Assembly (NCBI GenBank): GCA_965368975.1 | Contig: CBDUPA010000022.1 | Coordinates: 42,550 to 106,549 of the forward strand | DNA from: an uncultured bacterium | GTDB taxonomy: Bacteria; Acidobacteriota; Thermoanaerobaculia; Multivoradales; JAHZIX01 | Length of the DNA stretch: 64,000 nucleotides | Reading direction: 5' to 3' | Part shown: one piece after another, positions 34,690-44,293 of the stretch | Numbering within the stretch: the first letter of the stretch is position 1 | Layout: the number at the start of each line of letters is the position of its first letter | Position numbers and translations under genes: made by a program | Notes under the pieces: generated by a model | Database searches by the model: none | What the model saw: only the letters and a program-made list of their open reading frames with translations | Told to the model about the DNA's origin: nothing

Positions 34690-35322
34690 ATGGGCAAGAA
34701 CAAAGCTGAGAATGAGACTGAGCGACTGGGTGGGTATTGCATTCATTGCGAAAGCCCGTCGTCATTCTTTCTTTATCGTAGCGACCATTTTGATTTGCGT
34801 GGAGTTCCTTATGTGTACCGGTTTGCATCATGTGATAGGTGCAGCGGTCCTGCCGTTTTCTGGGCTGAGCACGCTGAGGGCTACGATGAAGAGGATCTAG
34901 CGCTCCATCGTGTTTTTCCTCGGCACCGGGCTTCTCTGGCATGCGCGCTTCCTAAGATTGCAGAGCAGTCCTTCAACGAAGCTATGCGCTGTGAAGAAGC
35001 CAAGGCGTGGCTAGCTGCGGTGGTTATGGTAGGTAGGACTCTTGAAGCTGTGTGTCAAGAGCACTTTTCGCAGGAGAAGGGGCTTACTATCTTCAAGGGT
35101 ATTGAGCTTCTATTCAAGGAAGGTCTGATCAGTGAGCAATTGAAGTCTTGGGCTGATGAACTGCGCATCCTTCGAAACATCGGGGCTCATGCAACAGATG
35201 TTGATGTTGATGAGAAGGATGCTAAAGAAGCAATCGATTTCCTTAGAGCGATTCTGGAAAATCTGTATGATTTGACCCCGAAATTTGAAAGCTTCAAGGC
35301 TAGACGAGCGATAGCTAAGTGA
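34690..35322 (+). CDS. DUF4145 (HEPN-like) protein with an N-terminal CxxC zinc ribbon
   Basis: CIHC...CDRC; AAVVMVGRTLEAVC; RNIGAH (Rx4H). Confidence 0.75.
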   Translation: MGKNKAENETERLGGYCIHCESPSSFFLYRSDHFDLRGVPYVYRFASCDRCSGPAVFWAEHAEGYDEEDLALHRVFPRHRASLACALPKIAEQSFNEAMRCEEAKAWLAAVVMVGRTLEAVCQEHFSQEKGLTIFKGIELLFKEGLISEQLKSWADELRILRNIGAHATDVDVDEKDAKEAIDFLRAILENLYDLTPKFESFKARRAIAK

Positions 35323-35343
35323 GGGGTTCAGCGGAGCTATCCC

Positions 35344-35874
35344 TCACCCGCCCCGACGCTTGAACGACCAGGTAAACACAAACCGCGACACCTCCGTCCC
35401 ATCCGCCATCCGCCCGACGGACACCGCCGAGGCCTTCGCCTTCTCCCCAGTCCGTAAAGTTTCCTGAATCGCCGCTGCCAGCTTCGGTCCGTCTTCACAG
35501 GTGAACGTGACCGTCGACGTACCCTTCTTGCCGAACGTCGCCTCGACGTTGACGATCAGCATGCCCACCTTCTGCGGTGCGGCATCGACCAGGATTCCGG
35601 CGATGGCTCCCGTCGACAGCTCGGCGGCCATGGCCTGGACGGCGAAGTACATGGACTGGAACGGGTTCTTGGTCCGCCAGCCGTAGGGGACGGTCGCTTC
35701 GCAGCGGTTTTCGTCCAGGGTGCGCACGCGCAGGCCGGCGAAGAGGGCGGCGGGGAGTTTGGTCAGGAAGAAGAGGCGGATCAGGACGGGACTGAGCAGG
35801 CCCTTGCGGGTCTTGGCGGCTTTGGGGTGCTGGAGGGTCTTGCTGGGATCGAACGTGATGGGGGCTTCGGACAT
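35344..35874 (-). CDS. DUF4442 / hotdog thioesterase-like protein
   Basis: VPYGWRTKNPFQSMYFAVQAMAAELSTG. Confidence 0.75.
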   Translation of the reverse strand: MSEAPITFDPSKTLQHPKAAKTRKGLLSPVLIRLFFLTKLPAALFAGLRVRTLDENRCEATVPYGWRTKNPFQSMYFAVQAMAAELSTGAIAGILVDAAPQKVGMLIVNVEATFGKKGTSTVTFTCEDGPKLAAAIQETLRTGEKAKASAVSVGRMADGTEVSRFVFTWSFKRRGG

Positions 35875-35895
35875 GGGGCTCCTCGGAACCGATCC

Positions 35896-36618
35896 TCAAC
35901 TCAGGCCTTCGGCGGCTCCAGTGTGGACCTGGCCTTCCAGGTAGTCGTGGAATCGGGCCTCGCCGTCGGCCTGAAACTCGACGAACACCATGCCGACGCC
36001 GCGCACGGACTCTCGACCGCCGGTGGTGTGCCGCACGACGCGGGCTTCGCCACGGACCGGCTGGTTGTCGCCGGGCAGACTGAACTCGAAGTTGACCTGC
36101 GAGCCGAGGGGGAAGAACTCGGTGCTGCGCACCAGCATACCGGTGGTGGAGAGGTTCTCCGTCTGCACCATTGCCATGCTCGGACCGTCCGCGAGCTGGA
36201 CCTGCAGGTTGGCCATGAAGCGCATCGCAAGGCGGGGAGCGACGCGCAGCAGGCTGGCAACCTCTTTTTGCAGCCGCTCCGCGGTCTGGTTGATCGACAG
36301 CGCGCGGTTCGCGCCCTTGCCGATATAGAAGCGGGCCTCGTCGATCAGCTCGTCCTCGGTGAGCACGACAAGCGGCGTCTGGCGGCACTTCGAAGCCTCG
36401 GAACGCAAGGCGTCGAGGAACTCCTGCAGCGACGTGTCCGGCAAGGGGTAGCGGACGATCAGAGCGCTGAAGGGGACTAGCGTCAGCAGTTCGAGGGCGG
36501 CGGTGCCGCGCGGGAAGCGGTCGACCTCCCATTCCGCGGGTTCGAAGAGTGGGGAGACCTTGTCGAAGGTCGTGGTGTCGACACCGACGACCAGCAGATT
36601 TCGCTTGTTGATCTTCAT
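35896..36618 (-). CDS. Degenerate receiver domain + PilZ domain protein
   Basis: RVAPR (RxxxR) and NLSTTG (NxSxxG) c-di-GMP motifs; REC-like N-terminus without the canonical Asp. Confidence 0.8.
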   Translation of the reverse strand: MKINKRNLLVVGVDTTTFDKVSPLFEPAEWEVDRFPRGTAALELLTLVPFSALIVRYPLPDTSLQEFLDALRSEASKCRQTPLVVLTEDELIDEARFYIGKGANRALSINQTAERLQKEVASLLRVAPRLAMRFMANLQVQLADGPSMAMVQTENLSTTGMLVRSTEFFPLGSQVNFEFSLPGDNQPVRGEARVVRHTTGGRESVRGVGMVFVEFQADGEARFHDYLEGQVHTGAAEGLS

Positions 36619-36885
36619 GGTGGAGCGTTCGTCAGGAGGGCGTAAACAGTCAACTGCGCATTTCTCACTCTACCATACGGTGTGGACTTGTCCGCGGTTG
36701 CGAACTGCTTGAGACCTGCGACGCAAGGGTGCTTCCGTGGTGCCTTCGTGCGTGCTATGGTGCGCTGCCGGGCTACATCGTCCCGCCTCCGCTCTCGCCC
36801 GACTCAACCTTCCTGAAGACTCGACCAGCCCTCGCCCGACGACGTGATGGCTGACCCTGCCCAATGCACTCCGGAGACTGTACTC

Positions 36886-38706
36886 ATGGCTCTCGAAAGG
36901 CGCGAAGACCTTCGCAATCTCGCCATCATCGCCCACGTCGATCACGGCAAAACGACGCTGGTGGACGCCCTGCTGTGGCAGAGCGGTATTTTTCGCGACA
37001 ACCAGGAGGTGGCCGAGCGAGTGATGGACTCGATCGACCTGGAGCGCGAGCGCGGCATCACGATCATGGCCAAGAATACGTCCATCCGTTACCGCGACAG
37101 CCTGATCAACATCGTCGATACTCCGGGGCACGCCGACTTCGGCGGCGAGGTGGAGCGGACGCTGAAGCTGGTCGACGGCGTGCTGCTGCTTGTCGACTCC
37201 AGTGAAGGGCCGCTGCCGCAGACTCGCTTCGTGCTGCGCAAAGCGCTGGAGCTCGGGCTGCCGCCGATCGTCGTGGTCAACAAGATCGACCGGCCCGACG
37301 CGCGTCCGGCGGAGGTGCTGGACGAGGTCTACGACTTGTTCATCGACCTCGACGCGCACGAGGACCAGCTCGACTTCCCTGTGCTCTTCACCAATGCTCG
37401 TGAGGGCAAGTGCCGGCTGACGGCGGACGGCGAGGAGACGACGCTGGAGCCGTTGATGGAGGAAATCCTGCGCACCGTGCCGGCGCCGACCTACGATCCG
37501 GAGATACCACTGCAAATGCTGGTGACGACGCTCGACTACGACGACTATGTCGGCCGCCTGGCGGTGGGACGCGTGGTCAGCGGCAACCTCAAGCGCGGCC
37601 AGGAGGTAGCGCGCTGCCGTCTGGACGGCGAGGTGGAGCGGGTGAAGGTGACTGGCCTGTTTGGCCACCAGGGACTCAAGCGCGTGGCGGTGGAGACGGC
37701 GGGCCCCGGCGATATCGTGGCAGTGACCGGACTCGATGACATCTTTATTGGCGAGACGCTGGCCGACCTCGACGATCCGCGGCCGCTGCCGGTGATCCGG
37801 GTCGACGAACCGACCATCGCCGTCCACATCGGCATCAATGACTCGCCGCTGTCCGGCCGGGACGGCCAGCACGTGACGTCGCGCAAGCTGCGCGAGCGGC
37901 TGATCAAGGAAACGCTGGGCAACGTCGCGATCAAGGTCGAAGACACCGATTCGCCAGACACCTTCAAGGTCTCCGGCCGCGGCGAGCTGCAGCTGGCGAT
38001 CCTGATCGAGATGATGCGGCGCGAAGGTTTCGAGATGAGCGTCGGCAAGCCGGAGATCCTGACTCGGCGCATCGACGGCAAGCTCCACGAGCCGATGGAA
38101 TTGCTGGTGGTCGACTGCCCGGAGGAGTTTATCGGCGCGGTGACCCAGAAACTGGGCACGCGCCGCGGTCGCATGACCAAGATGAGCAACCATGGCTCGG
38201 GGCGCGTGCGCATCGAGTTTCGGCTGCCGTCGCGCGGCCTGATCGGCTTCCGCAACGAGTTCCTCACCGACACCAGGGGCACCGGCCTGATGCACCAGCT
38301 GTTCGACGGCTTCGACCCGTGGCAGGGTGACATCGTACGCCGGGCCTCGGGGGCCCTGATCTCCGACCGTGCCGGCAAGGTGACGGCCTACGCGGTGGAG
38401 AACTTGCAGCCGCGAGGTGTTCTCTTCGCCGGACCCGGCACCGAAGTGTATGAGGGCATGATCGTCGGCGAACACAACCGTCCGAGCGACCTCGACGTCA
38501 ATATCACCAAAGAGAAGCGACTGACCAACATGCGTGCCTCGAGCGCAGACGAGTTGGTGCGCTTGACGCCGCCGACGGTACTCAGCCTGGAGCAGGCGCT
38601 GGAGCTGATCGAGGACGACGAGTTGGTCGAGGTGACGCCGACCTCTTTCCGGCTGCGCAAGCGCACGCTGCGTGCCGCGTTCCGTAAGAGCAAGAGCAAG
38701 GGCTGA
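36886..38706 (+). CDS. typA: Translational GTPase TypA/BipA
   Basis: [38 protein letters not shown]. Confidence 0.98.
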   Translation: MALERREDLRNLAIIAHVDHGKTTLVDALLWQSGIFRDNQEVAERVMDSIDLERERGITIMAKNTSIRYRDSLINIVDTPGHADFGGEVERTLKLVDGVLLLVDSSEGPLPQTRFVLRKALELGLPPIVVVNKIDRPDARPAEVLDEVYDLFIDLDAHEDQLDFPVLFTNAREGKCRLTADGEETTLEPLMEEILRTVPAPTYDPEIPLQMLVTTLDYDDYVGRLAVGRVVSGNLKRGQEVARCRLDGEVERVKVTGLFGHQGLKRVAVETAGPGDIVAVTGLDDIFIGETLADLDDPRPLPVIRVDEPTIAVHIGINDSPLSGRDGQHVTSRKLRERLIKETLGNVAIKVEDTDSPDTFKVSGRGELQLAILIEMMRREGFEMSVGKPEILTRRIDGKLHEPMELLVVDCPEEFIGAVTQKLGTRRGRMTKMSNHGSGRVRIEFRLPSRGLIGFRNEFLTDTRGTGLMHQLFDGFDPWQGDIVRRASGALISDRAGKVTAYAVENLQPRGVLFAGPGTEVYEGMIVGEHNRPSDLDVNITKEKRLTNMRASSADELVRLTPPTVLSLEQALELIEDDELVEVTPTSFRLRKRTLRAAFRKSKSKG

Positions 38707-38880
38707 GCGGCGAACCGCAGGCAAGTGTCCCGGTAGAGAGCTGTTGGCGCACAAACTTGGTGAGGTGGTAAGAAGCGCTGGTATGCCTCGCCAGCGTACA
38801 GTACAATCGACAACGGCCTGCCCTCTCGGCAAGCTTTTTGTTGTTGGGTTCCGCCGAACCCCGTCATTTGCAGCACCCGT

Positions 38881-40368
38881 GTGCTAGGGAAGAGGAGTAC
38901 CAGACCGTTGGCCATCCGTAGACTCAAGCGTGCCGTTAAATCGCCGATCCAGCCGGTTCCTCGCGAGCAACCGCTGCCGGCTAGCTTCTATCAAGAGTTC
39001 GCCTACATTCTGCAGGGTGATCCGGTCAGCAATGTGCTGAACATGCCGCAGGGGGCGATTCTCGGGGGGCAGGTCAATCTGCGGGCGCTGGAAGGCACCT
39101 TCGCGGAGATGATCCGGCGCCACGAGTCCCTGCGCTGCCACTTCGAGCCGCAGGAGAGCGGGCCGTTGCTACAGAAGCTGGAGGACCGCGGCAGCTACTA
39201 CCTGCCGGTGATCGACATCAGCGCCCTGCCGCAGGAAGTGCGCGAACAGGAGCGCCAGCGCCTGAGCGCGGCCTTCGCCGGTTTCCCGATGAACCTGCAC
39301 ACCGGGCCGCTGTTCATCACCACTGCCATCCTGCTCGGTCAGGACGCGGCAGCTCCGGGGGGCAGTCCTGGTCCCAACAAGGTGCTGGTGCTGATGAACT
39401 TGCACCACGCGTTCGGCGACGGATGGTCGATGACCGTGCTCAACCAGGAGCTGGTGACCATCTATCGCGCGCTGTCCAAGGGCCGGCCGTCGCCGCTGGC
39501 ACCGCCGCGTTTGCAATTCGCCGACTACGCGGCCTGGCTGCGCCGGCGCATGGACGAAGGCAAGCTGGACCCGCACCGCAAGTTCTGGCACGAGAACCTG
39601 AGTGGCGAGCGCGAATGGCCGCGCTTGCCCTACGACCGCCCGCGGACCGACGACATCGGTGCCCAGGTGCACAGCACGTCGCTGCAGTTCGATCCCGACA
39701 CGGCGAACGACATCCGCACCTTCAGTCGCAAGCTCGGCTGCACGGTGCCGATCACGTTGCTGTCCGGTGTGCATGCCTTGCTCAACGGCTACAGCGGCCA
39801 GGAGGACGTCATCGTCGCCTGGGTGACGGCGGCGCGCAACCGTCCCGAGCTGGCCGGCATGATTGGCCTGTTCATGAACACCGTGGCGGTACGCGCCGAC
39901 ATCGGCGGCGACCCCACGTTCGAAGATCTGGCGGTGCGTGTGCGCAAGGCGTCGCTGGCCGCTTACGACCACCAAGAGATGCCCTACGTCACGCTGCTCC
40001 AGGAGTTGTTCCCGGACCGCAAGCTGGCGCGTACGCTGCTGACTCCGGTGGTCTTCAACATGCTGTCGTTCGCACCGCCGCCAGGTTCGGTCGGTGCGGG
40101 CACGCCGATGGACCTGGACGTCACCATGGAGATGGTGGGTTTGGGTGCCCAGGAGCAGGCGAAGTTCGACCTCACCTTCACCTGCATGGAATCGCCCTCG
40201 GTCATTGCGCTCAGTCTGTCCACCGCCGCCGCTCTCTTCGACAAAGAGACCGCGGAGGCGATTCGCGACGACTACCAGGATCTGATGAACCGGGCCATCG
40301 CCAATCCGGCCTTGCCGATGAGTGAGTTGACCAGCGGACTGCGCCTGCGCAGCCCGTCGAAGCAGTAA
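38881..40368 (+). CDS. Stand-alone NRPS condensation domain protein (alternative TTG start 38908)
   Basis: RRHESLR, LHHAFGDGWS (HHxxxDG), LQFADYAAW, LPYDRPR, IGLFMNT, AYDHQEMPY; no A or PCP domain. Confidence 0.9.
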   Translation: MLGKRSTRPLAIRRLKRAVKSPIQPVPREQPLPASFYQEFAYILQGDPVSNVLNMPQGAILGGQVNLRALEGTFAEMIRRHESLRCHFEPQESGPLLQKLEDRGSYYLPVIDISALPQEVREQERQRLSAAFAGFPMNLHTGPLFITTAILLGQDAAAPGGSPGPNKVLVLMNLHHAFGDGWSMTVLNQELVTIYRALSKGRPSPLAPPRLQFADYAAWLRRRMDEGKLDPHRKFWHENLSGEREWPRLPYDRPRTDDIGAQVHSTSLQFDPDTANDIRTFSRKLGCTVPITLLSGVHALLNGYSGQEDVIVAWVTAARNRPELAGMIGLFMNTVAVRADIGGDPTFEDLAVRVRKASLAAYDHQEMPYVTLLQELFPDRKLARTLLTPVVFNMLSFAPPPGSVGAGTPMDLDVTMEMVGLGAQEQAKFDLTFTCMESPSVIALSLSTAAALFDKETAEAIRDDYQDLMNRAIANPALPMSELTSGLRLRSPSKQ

Positions 40369-40429
40369 CCACATTCATGGTGGAATCCCCGCGGATTCCG
40401 CTGTCGATACGTTCGCGAGGGGAAGACCC

Positions 40430-41650
40430 ATGACTGAATTGCACCGCTTCCGCAACAGTGCCAAGGGCATGAAGTTGCTTGGCCCTTCCTTCGAGGAAGC
40501 AACCCGCAACGGCCTGATGGACATCGTTGCCCGCGACCTGGGCAACGATCACATGCTGTCGGACGATGGCCTCGATTTCATCAATCTGTCGTGCTGCAAC
40601 TATCTCGGCCTGCACAATCACCCGAAGGTGCTGGAATCCACCATCAAGGCCGTGCAGGAGTCGAACACTCTGACGCTCGGCTTTTCCCGCATGCGCATCC
40701 GTCTGAGCCACCTCGACCGCGCCGAGCGCGAAATGTCGGAGGTCTTCGGCTGCAACTGCCTGCTGGTGCAGTCGGCCAGTGTTGCGGCGCTGGCGGTGCT
40801 GCCGATGATGGCGGCCGGCGTGATCGGCACCGGCGAGCCGCCGGTGATGGTCTACGACAAGCACAGCCACTTCTGCATGAACCTCACCAAGCCGGTGTGC
40901 GCTGACGAGACCGAGGTGCTGACCTGCCCGCACAACGACTTCGACTTCCTCGAGGACGTGTGCAAGAAGCACAAGAACGTGGTCTATGTCGGTGACGGCG
41001 TCTATAGCATGGGCGGTCGGACCGTGCTCGAGAAGCTCAAGGAGCTGCAAGACAAGTACGGCCTGTGGCTGTATCTGGACGATTCGCATGCCTTGTCGCT
41101 GTACGGCGAGAACGGCGAAGGCTTCGTGCGCGCTCACCTGAAGGAAGAGGACGAACGTACGGTGATCGTCGGCTCGCTGGCCAAGGGCTTCGGCGCTTCC
41201 GGCGGCGTGGTGATGATCCACAAGAAGTGGGTGCCCAAGTTGATGACGCCGTTCGGTGGTCCGAGCGTCTGGTCGACGCAGCTGAATGTGCCGAGTTGCG
41301 GTGCCGTTCTGGGCTCGCTCGAGGTGCACCGTTCTCCGGAGCTGCAGGAGCTGCAGGGCAAGTTGCAGGCCAACCTCAAGACCTTCGACGACCATATCGA
41401 GACCCCGGGCAAGGGCACGCCGTTCCCAGTGCGCGTGATCCAGATTGGTGACGGCGAGCGGGCGGCCGAGCTGTCCGGTGAGTTGCTGCGCCGCGGCTTC
41501 TACACGTCGGCCGTGTTCTTCCCGATCGTTGCCCGTGGCAAGGCCGGTCTGCGTGCCATGCTGCGCGCCAACAACAAGACTGAGGACATCATCCGCTTCG
41601 TCGAAACCGTCAAGGACGTGGTCGGCGACGAGATCGTCAGCGCCGCCTGA
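40430..41650 (+). CDS. PLP-dependent alpha-oxoamine synthase family protein (KtmB-like), copy 1
   Basis: NYLGL, HSH, DGVYSMGG, DDSH, SLAKGFG (PLP Lys), FFPIVARG..GLR. Confidence 0.85.
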   Translation: MTELHRFRNSAKGMKLLGPSFEEATRNGLMDIVARDLGNDHMLSDDGLDFINLSCCNYLGLHNHPKVLESTIKAVQESNTLTLGFSRMRIRLSHLDRAEREMSEVFGCNCLLVQSASVAALAVLPMMAAGVIGTGEPPVMVYDKHSHFCMNLTKPVCADETEVLTCPHNDFDFLEDVCKKHKNVVYVGDGVYSMGGRTVLEKLKELQDKYGLWLYLDDSHALSLYGENGEGFVRAHLKEEDERTVIVGSLAKGFGASGGVVMIHKKWVPKLMTPFGGPSVWSTQLNVPSCGAVLGSLEVHRSPELQELQGKLQANLKTFDDHIETPGKGTPFPVRVIQIGDGERAAELSGELLRRGFYTSAVFFPIVARGKAGLRAMLRANNKTEDIIRFVETVKDVVGDEIVSAA

Positions 41651-41699
41651 GCGCGCGCTGACGGCGGTCCACCAGAACCGCGATTCGCCAGCAGCTCGA

Positions 41700-41750
41700 G
41701 GGCCGCGGCGCCGTGAACTGAACCTCTCGCGCCCGGCCCCTTTTCGTTTT
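41700..41750 (+). terminator. Imperfect hairpin with U tract inside the cluster (possible attenuator)
   Basis: GGGCCGCGGCG...CGCGCCCGGCCCC followed by TTTTCGTTTT. Confidence 0.35.
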
Positions 41751-41818
41751 CACTTTCCCTTGTTTGTCAATCCCCTCCTGGAGGAGGGTTCTGCAGAAGG
41801 GTCCCGAGGAGACCTGCC

Positions 41819-42700
41819 ATGTTGTTGTACCGCGACATCCTTCTGACGTCCGCACAGACGCCTGAGCGTTTCGTCAAGGCCAAGGAGGTCAAACCCGACC
41901 TCTGCCTGGTCAACTGCGAAGACCCGATTCCCCAATTCGAAGAGGACAAGGCGCGCGCCCGCAAGGTGTCGCTCGAGTGGCTCCAGCAAGAACACGAGGA
42001 GCCACCGTACGGCATCATGATCAACTGCCTGCGCACGCGCTTTGGCTTCCAGGACGTGCTGGCGTTGCAAGAGAGCGGCGCCAGACCCGAATACATCCTG
42101 ATGGCCAAGGTGGAAGATCCGGAGGAGATCCGCATCGTCCACGAGATGTTGTCGCCGGTGATCCAGCCGCTGCGCCTGGGCATGATCGTCGAGTCGCTGC
42201 GCGGTGTCTGGGCACTGCACGAGATCGTGCACGCGGCCCCCAGCGTTGCTGGGCTGGTCCTCGGTGCGGCCGACTACGCCAACAACCTTGGCGTCGACGT
42301 CAATCCGGAGAGCCTGGCTCCCATCCGAGCCCGCATGGGTATGGCGGCGGCCAGCGCCGGCATTGCCTGCTGGGATGCGCCCTACTTCCACTACCAGGAT
42401 CTCGACGGTCTGCGAGAGGAGTGTCGGCGCGCCCGGGCCTTCGGTTTCACCGGCAAGACGACGATCCACCCGAGCCACTGCAAGATCATCGAAGAAGAGT
42501 TCAAGCCCTCGTCGCGCGCCATCGACTTCGCCAAGCGAGTCGTGGCCGCGTGCGAAGAGCGCCGCGGTGGCATCGCGGTGGTCGACGGTCAGATGGTCGG
42601 CCGCCCCTTCGTCGCCAATGCTCGACGGGTGCTGGCGGCGGCCGGCGAGCCGATCCCCCCTACTCAGCAGGGAGATACCCCGCAGGGAGAGACAGCATGA
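41819..42700 (+). CDS. CitE/HpcH-HpaI-family CoA-ester aldolase (KtmA-like)
   Basis: NCEDP, MIVES, GAADY, GFTGKTTIHP, VDGQMV. Confidence 0.85.
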   Translation: MLLYRDILLTSAQTPERFVKAKEVKPDLCLVNCEDPIPQFEEDKARARKVSLEWLQQEHEEPPYGIMINCLRTRFGFQDVLALQESGARPEYILMAKVEDPEEIRIVHEMLSPVIQPLRLGMIVESLRGVWALHEIVHAAPSVAGLVLGAADYANNLGVDVNPESLAPIRARMGMAAASAGIACWDAPYFHYQDLDGLREECRRARAFGFTGKTTIHPSHCKIIEEEFKPSSRAIDFAKRVVAACEERRGGIAVVDGQMVGRPFVANARRVLAAAGEPIPPTQQGDTPQGETA

Positions 42701-43227
42701 AGAACCCCGTCGCCGCTCACAAGCAGGTGGGCGACAAGCGCTACCGCGAGGTGTCCGGCCTCTACTTCGACGACTTCGAGGTCGGCGACGTGTTCGAACA
42801 TCGTCCCGGGCGTACCGTCACCAATACCGACAACATCTGGGGCTCGCTGCTGGCGATGAACCCGCACCCGCTGCACATCGACGCGGCCTACTGTGAGCAC
42901 ACCGAGTTCGGCGAGCTGCTGGTGTCCAGCCTGGTCACGTTCTCGATCGTCAATGCCATGACTGTCACCAGCACCAGCTTCAAGGCGATCGCCAACCTGG
43001 GCTGGGACAAGGTACGCTTGACCGGGCCGGTCTTCGCGGGTGACACGTTGTACGCCGAGTCCGAAGTGCTGAGCAAGCGCGAGTCCAAATCGCGTCCCGG
43101 CCAGGGCATTGTCACCGTGCGCACGCGTGGCCTGAAGCAGGACGGCAGCGAGATCATGCACTTCGAGCGCACGTTCCTGGTGCCAGTGCGCGGCAGTGAG
43201 ACCGTCGAGTCCAAGGCTGGTTATTGA
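42697..43227 (+). CDS. MaoC-family acyl-CoA dehydratase (KtmC-like)
   Basis: GLYFDDFEVGDVFEHRPGRTVT.TDN...NPHPLHID...NLGWDKVR..PVFAGDTL; ATGA overlap with the aldolase. Confidence 0.9.
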   Translation: MKNPVAAHKQVGDKRYREVSGLYFDDFEVGDVFEHRPGRTVTNTDNIWGSLLAMNPHPLHIDAAYCEHTEFGELLVSSLVTFSIVNAMTVTSTSFKAIANLGWDKVRLTGPVFAGDTLYAESEVLSKRESKSRPGQGIVTVRTRGLKQDGSEIMHFERTFLVPVRGSETVESKAGY

Positions 43228-43238
43228 TGGGGGAGTTG

Positions 43239-44234
43239 ATGCGAGCGATCGAAGTCACCGAACCCGGGGGGCCGGAGGTTCTGCAGATCCAGGATGTGCC
43301 GATGCCGGAGCCCGGCCCCGGCCAGCTGCGCGTACGTATTCGAGCGGCAGCGCTCAACTACGCTGACACCTTGCAGCGCAAGGGGCTGCTCAGTGCGCCG
43401 GGCGACAACCAGCGCCTGGGGATCGAGCTGGCCGGCACCATCGACGCCATCGGGGACGGTGCCACGGACGTCGACGGCGGCGCCTGGAAGGTGGGGGAGC
43501 GGGTGTTCGCCATCATCACCGCCGGTGCCTATGCCGAATACGCGCTGACAGAGGCGGCGCTGACCCAGCGCATGCCCGAGAACTGGGACTATCCCGAGGC
43601 CGCCGCGGCACCGGAAGCCTTCTACGTGGCCAACGAGACGCTCTTTCACGTCGGTGGCCTGCAGCGCGGTGACAGCGCGCTGATCCATGCCGGCAGCAGT
43701 GGCATGGGAACCGGCTTGCTGCAGCTGGCGCACGTCAAAGGCATCACCGTGCTGACCACCTCGGGCAGCCCGGAAAAGCGTGCCCGCCTCGAGGAGCTCG
43801 GTGCCGACCTGGTTATCGACTACAAGAACCAGGACTACCTGGAAGCTGTCCGGGAGTTCACCGACGGTGCCGGCGTCGACCTGGTGCTCGACATGGTCGG
43901 CCAGCGCTACCTGGGCAAGAACCTGCAGGCGCTCAAGCCCGATGGTCGGTTGATCCAGATCGGTCTGCTCGAGGGCTACGATCCGGGCGAGCTGGATCTG
44001 CTGCTGCTGGTCATGAACCGTCTGATCGTCCGCGGCTGGGCCATGCGTGGCCAGTCCAACGACGACAAGCGTCAGATCGTGCGTCGTTTCCGTGACCAGG
44101 TATTGCCGCGTTTTGCTGCCGGCGAGATCCGGCCGGTGGTCGACTCCACCTTCCCGCTCGAAGACGCCGCGGGTGCGCACCGCCACCTGGAGTCGCACCG
44201 GCACTTCGGCAAGATCGTGCTGACTGTCGACTGA
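43239..44234 (+). CDS. MDR-family NAD(P)H quinone/enoyl reductase (KtmF-like role inferred)
   Basis: PGGPEVL, ALNYAD, LIHAGSSGMG, GADLVIDY, HFGKIVL. Confidence 0.88.
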   Translation: MRAIEVTEPGGPEVLQIQDVPMPEPGPGQLRVRIRAAALNYADTLQRKGLLSAPGDNQRLGIELAGTIDAIGDGATDVDGGAWKVGERVFAIITAGAYAEYALTEAALTQRMPENWDYPEAAAAPEAFYVANETLFHVGGLQRGDSALIHAGSSGMGTGLLQLAHVKGITVLTTSGSPEKRARLEELGADLVIDYKNQDYLEAVREFTDGAGVDLVLDMVGQRYLGKNLQALKPDGRLIQIGLLEGYDPGELDLLLLVMNRLIVRGWAMRGQSNDDKRQIVRRFRDQVLPRFAAGEIRPVVDSTFPLEDAAGAHRHLESHRHFGKIVLTVD

Positions 44235-44293
44235 CCCGGAACTCGGAGTTTGCATCTCGTCAATTCCGATTCGTGATGGAGTGAGGCCGGACC

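Noticed and set aside
36698-36735. c-di-GMP-I riboswitch-like words (GCGAAC..GAGA..GACGCAA) beside the PilZ gene
   Set aside because: The arms flanking GAGA do not pair and there is no second stem
40430-41650. bioF, kbl or serine palmitoyltransferase assignment
   Set aside because: No biotin, tdh or ACP genes alongside; duplicated and atypical (HFCM, SRMR); only a family-level call is supported
41819-43227. RipB/RipC-like itaconate catabolism
   Set aside because: No CoA transferase nearby, lyase catalytic residues are altered, and the genes sit among oxoamine synthases and a C domain
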